From: Eledone cirrhosa
Taxonomy: Eukaryota
Assembly (NCBI GenBank): GCA_964016885.1
Contig: OZ024740.1
Span: forward strand, 342,116,001 to 342,180,000
DNA length: 64,000 bases
Direction: 5' to 3'
The notes beneath the pieces are model-generated. The model did no database searches. It saw only the letters and a list, made by a program, of their open reading frames with translations, and was not told the origin of the DNA. This document shows positions 54,386-64,000 of the stretch, piece after piece. The position numbers and the translations under genes are program-made. The stretch's first letter is position 1. Each line of letters starts with the position of its first letter.

Positions 54386-56112
54386 GTATGTTACTTTTTA
54401 CATTCTAACTCTAGTTATCGAGTATGGATTTATGTTTAATCAAGACTCCTTTATTTTTAGATAAATTTCCTTCCAAATTAAGCTCACCATGAAACTGTAA
54501 TTATATGTAGTAGCAGTAGTAACACTACTACTAATAGTAGTGAAGGTGGTAGTTTAACTTTATGCAACAATAATAAGTGAAGTCCTTTGTGATTGATAGT
54601 GTTGCTGGCCTGATACAGAGAGTGAATGGAATCTGATACCCTCAGTATTAGTAACGATGCATTTCCTTTTTTTTAGATTTGATTAAGTCTTGTAGAAAAT
54701 TGGTATTTAGAGTAATGTAGCAAATCAATATAGAATGTAGACTAATAGAAACTGATTTTATTCTGTAAAAGATACCTAATGGATGATATTGTTAGTTGCT
54801 ATTAGTATTGACTGATCATCATCATCATCATCATTTAACGTCAATGATGATGATGATGATGATGATAAAAAAAAGCTTTGGTTTCAACATTACAAACTGT
54901 TAGTTCAGGTTAAATGATAATTCTCGAATAGCAATCCTAGTAATCTCCCAAAAGGTAGTTAAATGCTCATGTAATGACTAGTAGCATACAATTGAGTAAA
55001 GTGCCCCTTGACTAAGTGTTATAAAATTCAGCTCGGTTTACTGAAATGTAAAGCAAGAAAAATTTTGTGTGTGTATGTACATGTGTGTACATGCAGGTAT
55101 GTGTGTGCATGTGTATACTTGTGCATCCATACGAGTCTGTATACATTCATGTATGTCTGTGAGTCTGCAGGGTGTATGTCCTTTACAAGTTAGTGTGTAT
55201 GGCATACATCCATACAGGTTTGTTTCTATAAAGGTAAAGTGTGCCAATCCAGCAAATGTGTGTTTTTATTATGATAATGAACTGGAAAATATAGAAGTGG
55301 TTCATCTACTTTTTAATACCAGAGAAAGTAAAGGAACACTAGCTGTTCATTTTATAGATCACTGATGTGGAAAATATGCAGTAGATAATGTAGAATGCAG
55401 CTTAATAGAAACAAATTTTATTTTGTGGAAAACCATTTCCTACTTAACATTAGAATTTACTGAGTCTAGCTTTTGTAGCAAAAAGAATATTGTATATGGT
55501 AAAGAGCCTTCTGATTTTAATACTACAAAATTCTGGTTAAACAGGCCTAATAATCTTAAAGAGGGGAGGAGGCAGTGTTAATGAAATGACTGGTAGCAGA
55601 TGATTGGGGGGAAGTTATCATTCTTAAAAATATGTAAAAGAATGCTCAGTTGACTGGGTTGTAATGCAAAAAAAGTTTTAAGTGTTTGTGTCCATGTTCA
55701 TCAAGTGAATCTGTAGTGTGTGTGTGTGTCCTTTCATACAAAGGAATGTGTATAAATGGTGTATATGTCAAGTAAGCTTAGATGGTGTCTGCATGTGCAT
55801 ATAAGTGAGTGTGTGTTAATGCATGTGTAATGACCCAGCTAATAAGGGCTTCTATTATGAAAATGTAGCAAAATGGGTTGTTTACGCTGGAGTGCCAAAG
55901 AAAATAAAGGCATACTAATCGTTCATTGCTTGATGATTAAAACCTATTTACCTGTCTACAAAAAACTAAATCATGATGTAGCATAACTCAATGAAATTTT
56001 TACCTTAACATGAAGTAATCACTATAGTCTCATTTGTAAATTCAAATATTATGATATAGAAGGATATTTATAGCATAACACAGATGAAAATTAAAACACT
56101 AAGAAAAATAAT

Positions 56113-56295
56113 TGTTTCTACTTTTGGCACAAGGCCAGCAATTATCCCAGCGTATTACTGGTACTTTATGTTATCGACCCCGTAAGGATGAAAGGCAAAG
56201 TTAACCTCGGCGGAATTTGAACTCAGACCATAAAGGGCCGTAACTCTTTGCTGCAAAACATGGCGTCCGACCCTCTACCGATACTGCCAATCCAT
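56113..56295 (-). mobile_element. tRNA-SINE (intronic)
   Basis: Full copy; 18-bp TSD aacactaagaaaaataat at 56095-56112 and 56303-56320. Confidence 0.9.
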
Positions 56296-56420
56296 CAACC
56301 TCAACACTAAGAAAAATAATGTAAAATAAAAAGTCAAGTTAATGATTTTTCTTTTAAAATGTTATATTTTGTCATGGTTTTTTATTGAATAACTATTTCA
56401 CCAATGGCTTCTTCTTTCAG

Positions 56421-57239
56421 AAACAATATAAAGATGCTATAGAGATGGATCCAAGTAAACTTGAATGCATTCTAGATGATTTAAGCAATACACTACAGAG
56501 TATGGAAGAGGATGAGAATTTCAATGCAAAAAAGATGGAATTGTTGCGCAAACGCAATATTTTCTTAAATGTCTATATGAAGAAGGTTGATAAAGAACTA
56601 CAAACCCTAAGTCACCATATTGATAATGTTGATCGACATATCCAAACTCTTGTGCTAGATGACAAGGATTTTTATGAACGCAAAGAATATGTTGCCCTTA
56701 CTGAAGACAAACAGTTCATACAAAAAAAAATATCTGAACGGCAGGAGCAACAAAAATATATGCTTTTAAGACACAAGTGTGCGAAACCATTTGCTAATCA
56801 TGCATTAAGTCAACAAGAATATGGCTATATGTCAGACTCTCAGTTCAATCGAGATAACCACACTACCATAGTTTCTCCTACCTATAGTAATAGGGAGAAA
56901 AATAAACTTTTAGTGACGATGAGTGAAAGTTTGGTTTATTCAGATATGCATATCTCTGTACCACCTGACTCTAATATCTTTGAAAATTATGAACATTTGG
57001 TGAGAAAATCTCCCCAGAAACCTTTAACACCGCATTTCTCAAATTATCCTGATGAGGATTTTGGACAATACCAATGGAAATGCTTTATATGTAACCATAA
57101 AAATAATCTAGAAAATGAAAAATGTTTTAATTGTGGTAATTGGAAAGAATTTAGAAATAGAAAAGACACATCTTCTTTTAGTGAAGCAAATGAAAATATA
57201 TCCACCACTTTTCAAACTGTAGCTGCTGAACAAGATCAA
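56421..57239 (+). CDS. RNF31-like: RNF31/HOIP-like coding exon 8 (coiled coil + RanBP2/NZF-type Zn finger)
   Basis: 819-nt open exon, tttcag acceptor, gtaagt donor; WKCFICNHKNNLENEKCFNCG. The eight exons sum to 1587 nt, i.e. 529 codons in frame. Confidence 0.85.
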
Positions 57240-58278
57240 GTAAGTAAAAATCATTTTCATTACTTTTGTAAAGCAGTATTTATCATTTGTCAATGTTATT
57301 AATTTGAGTAAACACTACTGAAGTTTAATCCCATACAATAGATCAAAGATTCCCAAACTCTTTTTCTCATAGAACCCTTATATGATTTTCCAAAAATCAT
57401 GGAACCTGTACCTTAGGGTGTTGCATATTTATAGGGAAATTTTTTTTTGTTGGAGTCACCTCATGTCAATTGTGCCCTGAATTCATTTCACATAAAAGTT
57501 ACACAATGAGATATGAATATATTTAGGGGTTGTACAGTTTGGTGCTTTTTAGATGCTATACAAAACCTTAACTTCAACACTTGTTGATTATAGCTAGGCT
57601 GCATTTTTTGTCCGTTTTGGATTGTGTACATGCAAGAGACATTTCTACCTTTTATAGGATCCTAAATGAAAAAGAAATGAATCATAAACTAAGTATGTAG
57701 AAATAATTTTACATCGGTGATTTGTTTTCATTGTTCGTATAAAGAAGTATTTGGTATCACCTTCATGAGGTGAGATTTTTTATATTTGTTTTGATAATTC
57801 AGCAAGATAATCAATTAACACAAAGGTTCTAATGCAAGGTTCATTGCATTGTTGATGAGTGGTAAACACTGGCTTTTGTCAAGTTCCATCCATTACAAAA
57901 TAAGTTTCATCTCTTTTGCATTTCATAGCCTGAATGGGTTCCAGAAATGTGAAAACTCAAAGGCTCATTAAAATAAAATTTATGGATTGATTTTGCTTTT
58001 CATCTTTCACAGAGAATTAAAAAAATGGAAACCAGAAAGGCCATTTAGCTGCATGAGAGAAAGCCCGACCTAGAAGCAGTTAACTCAGATTCAACTCCCC
58101 TCCAAACAACAAGGGCTCTTGTGATTTCTCTACCATTGAACTCGGGGAGATAATTTCATTGCCATAAAAAACACATTAGTCAGAAGATTCAGGAAGTGTG
58201 GGGAAAAAACGTCTGCATTTCAATCGAGAAATTGTATGAGTTTCATCATCATACGTCCGTTTTTCCATGCTTGGACCC

Positions 58279-58334
<56 letters not shown>

Positions 58335-58337
<3 letters not shown>

Positions 58338-58663
58338 GCACATGGCTTAGTGGTTAGAGCATTGGCCTTGCAATCAAAAGGTTGTGAGTTCAATTCTCAG
58401 ACCAGGTGATGTGTTGTTTCCTTGAGCAAGACACTTTATTTCATATTTACTCAGCTGTAGAAATGAGATGATAGGGACTGGGGTCCATATCATTCCACTG
58501 CAAAGTGGCCGTGGAGGTGCCATGGCAAAAAAGCACCCAGCACTCACTCTAAATGAGGTTGGTGTTAGGAAGGGCATCCAGCTGTAGAAATCAACCCAGA
58601 ATCAGTTCCCGTCCCACCCTTGCAAGCAGAGAAAAGCGGACGTATGAGGATGATGATGATGAT
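58335..58663 (+). mobile_element. Chimeric SINE: tRNA head + central domain + RTE-A 3' tail
   Basis: A box tggcttagtgg, B box gagttcaattctc; tail nearly identical to about 14525-14678; (GAT)n end. Confidence 0.82.
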
Positions 58664-58666
58664 GTA

Positions 58667-58707
<41 letters not shown>

Positions 58708-58845
58708 CCAAAGATTAATATGGTTCATTGATTACTCAATGAATATGGTTTTACAATAAATTAAAAGCACTCTACAGGAAGTTTTCTGGAGTTATTAGTA
58801 TTCAGAATAATAATAAATGAAGACATTCACATAATCAAATATATA

Positions 58846-58907
58846 TTTTATTATATATATTTCGAAGGTACTGTGGTGTTTTTTCAGTACGTCCTCGTCA
58901 GATAAAA
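58846..58907 (-). ncRNA. Type I hammerhead ribozyme in a Penelope-type pLTR fragment (about 58705-58955)
   Basis: Minus strand: ttttat CUGACGA gga-c-gtactg...cagtac-c-ttc GAAA uauaua UA ataaaa; all three stems form. Confidence 0.72.
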
Positions 58908-58955
58908 ATACATTAATTGATGTATGACATCCCTCAACGGTCTATTGGCAGTAAG

Positions 58956-60533
<1,578 letters not shown>

Positions 60534-61314
60534 CCTCAGGAGGAAAATATGGAAACTAAAGGACCCCACAGCCAGAAATAAATTTCAAACCATATTACTT
60601 GATGCTTTCGACAGTAAGGAAGAGCATCTAGAATCGGACAATATAGAGGGACAGTGGAAATTTCTGAAAGCAAACCTGCTGTTGGCGACAGACGAAGTCT
60701 GTGGCTGGAGCAGGCCTGTAGGCAGGAGGAGAGTAACATGGTGGTGGAACAATAGGGTGGAGGGGTCAATTAAGGCCAAAAAGCAGGCTTGGAAAGTATG
60801 GCGGGATGGGGGAAGTAGAGAAGACTATCAAATGGCCAGGAGGGAAGCTAGGAGACAAGTGTACTTAGCAAGAAGGGAAGCAGAGGAAAGAAAGTTCAAG
60901 CATGTTCTACAACGCGAGGACCAAAAACGTGAGGTGTTCAGGATTGCTAGGCAATGCGTCAAGGAAAACCGTGATATTGTCGGGGAGAAGTGTGTACTAA
61001 ACGATGATGGCACACTTGCCATCACCGACGCTGATAAGAAGGTAGCTTGGAAGTGTCACTATGAAAGGCTACTAAATGAGGAGAATAAATGGGAGAAAGA
61101 CAGTCTCCCCCATATCGACCCAATAGAGGGACCAGCAGTGTTAGTCGAGAGGAGTATAATAAGTAAGGCAATCAAGGATATGAAGACGGGTAAGGCGGCT
61201 GGGCCTTCGGAAATAGTTGCTGAGATGCTGAAGGCATCTGGCACGGTGGGACACACCATGGTCACCCGCATAGTTAACCAAGTCGTACAGAATGGGGTTG
61301 TTCCGAAGGACTGG
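60534..61314 (+). mobile_element. Internal RTE fragment (APE-RT linker), stop-free, with no 3' tail
   Basis: [29 protein letters not shown]; diverged from RTE-A; microsatellite on both sides. Confidence 0.88.
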
Positions 61315-61333
61315 CATATATATGTATGTATGT

Positions 61334-62629
61334 ATCATCATCATCATCATCATCAGGTTTAGCGTCCATGTTCCACGCTTGCATGGGTTTGGACGGGGGT
61401 TTTCCCACTTGAGGCAAGAGTGGTTGTCTTGCTCGCATAGGACTGTCTGGCGGGTTTTCTACAGCTGGATGCCCTTCCTAACACCAACCACATTTACAGT
61501 GTGGGGCTGGGAGGTTTTTACCGTGTTGCCTACACGGCCACATTACAGCGTGGACTGTCTGGCGGGTTTTCTACAGCTGGATGCCCTTCCTAACACCAAC
61601 CACATTTACAGTGTGGGGCTGGGAGGTTTTTACCGTGTTCCCTACACGGTCACATTTACAGCGTGGACTGTGTGTTTTTTTGTCGTGACACCTACATGAT
61701 CTCATTTGTTTCGGCCTGGATGTTGTGGGACCAACATAACTTTACATTGAAAGGGGCGGTGTGGATGGGGTGGAGGTGGTGGGACGGGGGTGTGTTTTGA
61801 TAGAGATGCCTACTGACTGTAGTAGGTTTTTACTTTGTATTTAGGTAAGGCGGGTCTTCTCTATTACTGAGTACCGCCAAAGGTCTCGGTCCAGTGACAT
61901 TGTCTTGGAGAGGTGTAAGCGTGTGAGGTCGGAATTTATCATGTCGTCCCAGGTTTTTCTGGGTCTGCCTACTCCGTGGCTACCGTCTATCTTTATTGCC
62001 CTGCACTTTGTTATACAGCTGTCGTCTTTCATGCGCATCACGTGACCGTACCAACGTAACCTTCTCTCGAGTAAACAACATCTGATCCCTCTTATTTCTA
62101 ATTTTTTCCTTAGTTCGTTTATGCTTAGCCGTTCACGTATATTACTATTGCACATCCAGCGGAGCATGCAAGCTTCGTTCCTCTCTAGTCTGCGTATATC
62201 CTCTGCACACAATGCCCAGGTCTCACTGCCATGCAGCATTGCTGTTCGTATGCAGGCATCGTATAACCTGCCTTTCATTTTTAGGGAGAACCCTCTAGCG
62301 GCTAATAGTGGTATAAGCTCTCTGAACTTTTTCCATCCAGTTCTGACTCTAGCTACTGTACTTTCAGAGCACCCTCCCCCACTGCTGATTTTGTCACCCA
62401 GGTAACGGAAGCTGTCCACTATTTCTATAGAACCCTCTGTGCAATTGAAAAAGCTAGTATTTAGTGGGCACTTGCTGCTACTTATTGCACCAGAGCACCG
62501 GCCACATGTAAAATCTATGTTCTTAGTTAGCTTACCTGTGATCCCACTACATCTTTTATGCACCCATACTTTGCATTTAGGACATAAACTGGAGTTTCTA
62601 CCTACGCCTTTCCTACACACTGAGCATGA
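61334..62629 (-). mobile_element. RTE LINE subfamily B, 5'-truncated, with a ~111-bp duplication in the 3' UTR
   Basis: ORF 61841-62620; (GAT)n tail; 61441-61551 is repeated at 61552-61665. Confidence 0.9.
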
Positions 62630-62911
62630 TATATATATATGTATGTATGTATGTATATATATATATGTATGTATGTATGTATATATATATGTATGTATGT
62701 ATGTATATATATATGTATGTATATATATATATGTATGTATATATATATATATGTATGTATGTATGTATATATATATATGTATGTATGTATATATGTATGT
62801 ATGTATATATATATATGTATGTATGTATATATATATATGTATGTATGTATATATATATATGTATGTATGTATATATATATATGTATGTATGTATATATAT
62901 ATATATGTATG
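62630..62911. repeat. (TA)n(TATG)n microsatellite
   Basis: Seen directly in the sequence. Confidence 0.95.
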
Positions 62912-63518
62912 TCAGGTCACCAGTTGGTGCTACTGGTAACATGTATTCCAGTACAACCTGTCCCATGGTCGGGTCGTTGGCGACTAAACTGGCAACCCCA
63001 CCAAGGTTTCTTGGTGAGGAGGGTGACTTTGGACATCCTGCAGGACTAAAAACAAAACCTGTCAAAAGGCAAAGGAGCTCTTAAGAGTCAATGGCCATCC
63101 AAAATCACCGGGAGAGATGACCCCTTAGCCTTTGTCAAGGCAGAATTCTAGGAGAAGGAAAACTCTGATATAACACCTGCAACCCTGATGGTATCCAATG
63201 ATGTTGACTTGTTCTTCTTTTTGGTAAATATCATCTTGGTCAAGAGAGTGGGACTGGCTTTGTGCAGTGCCTTTGCTCACTATAAAAGCTTCACGGCACA
63301 GGCATTGCTTTATATCTGGAGATCTCTCTGCATTTGTCGTCACATGGTACCATGGGCCCAGCACTATGTGTCAATAATTGTCACAATTGTAGTGTTTGTA
63401 CCAGAGCTTTCAAGTCGCTGGCTGGACTAAAAAGTCACACTCGTTCAGCGCATCAGTAGGGGTTCTCCTACATGGATATAAAGTAGTGGCCGTACTCGAA
63501 AACGAGTTGGCAGCCACC
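62912..63518 (+). mobile_element. Probable LINE (RTE-like) 5' leader fragment with a short C2H2 ORF (63352-63459)
   Basis: ctaggagaaggaaaactctga resembles RTE 5' UTRs (recalled from memory); [35 protein letters not shown] is a canonical C2H2 finger. Confidence 0.5.
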
Positions 63519-63677
63519 ATATATGTATGTATGTATGTATATATATATATGTATGTATGTATGTATATATATATGTATGTATGTATATATATATGTATGT
63601 ATGTATATATATATATATATGTATGTATATATATATATATATGTATGTATGTATATATATATATATATATATGTATG

Positions 63678-63738
<61 letters not shown>

Positions 63739-63801
63739 ATATATATGTATGTATATATATATGTATGTATGTATATATATATGTATGTATGTATGTATGT
63801 A

Positions 63802-63834
<33 letters not shown>

Positions 63835-64000
63835 ATATATATGTATGTATGTATGTATGTATATATATATGTATGTATGTATGTATGTATATATATATGT
63901 ATGTATATATATAAATATATATGTATGTATATATATAAATATATATGTATGTATATATATAAATATATATGTATGTATATATATATATATGTATGTATAT
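63519..64000. repeat. (TA)n(TATG)n microsatellite
   Basis: Seen directly in the sequence. Confidence 0.95.

Noticed and set aside
57658-57692. Possible small exon (atag..gtatgt) of the HOIP-like gene
   Set aside because: It gives an immediate stop in the required phase 0, and no phase combination links it cleanly to its neighbours.

Overview
This is AT-rich, repeat-dominated animal genomic DNA. The tRNA-derived SINEs, (GAT)n-tailed RTE LINEs and kilobase (TA)n arrays fit an octopod cephalopod best, but that is inference. 1-25 kb is a nest of retroelements. It holds a CR1-like LINE 5' part with a candidate -1 frameshift, a Penelope-like GIY-YIG fragment, several RTE copies, and an intact 1039-aa RTE ORF (APE + RT with an embedded PHD-type finger). 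That RTE is preceded directly by a 5.3-kb array of ~370/395-bp near-identical monomers. 25-43 kb holds Helitrons, SINEs, MITEs and decayed LINEs. 43.9-57.2 kb holds a phase-consistent 8-exon host gene encoding an RNF31/HOIP-like N-terminus (degenerate PUB, B-box, coiled coil, RanBP2-type Zn finger). Five hammerhead ribozyme motifs from Penelope-type repeats are scattered through the window. The very long YI/IY ORFs are microsatellite artefacts. All calls were made by eye, with no database search.
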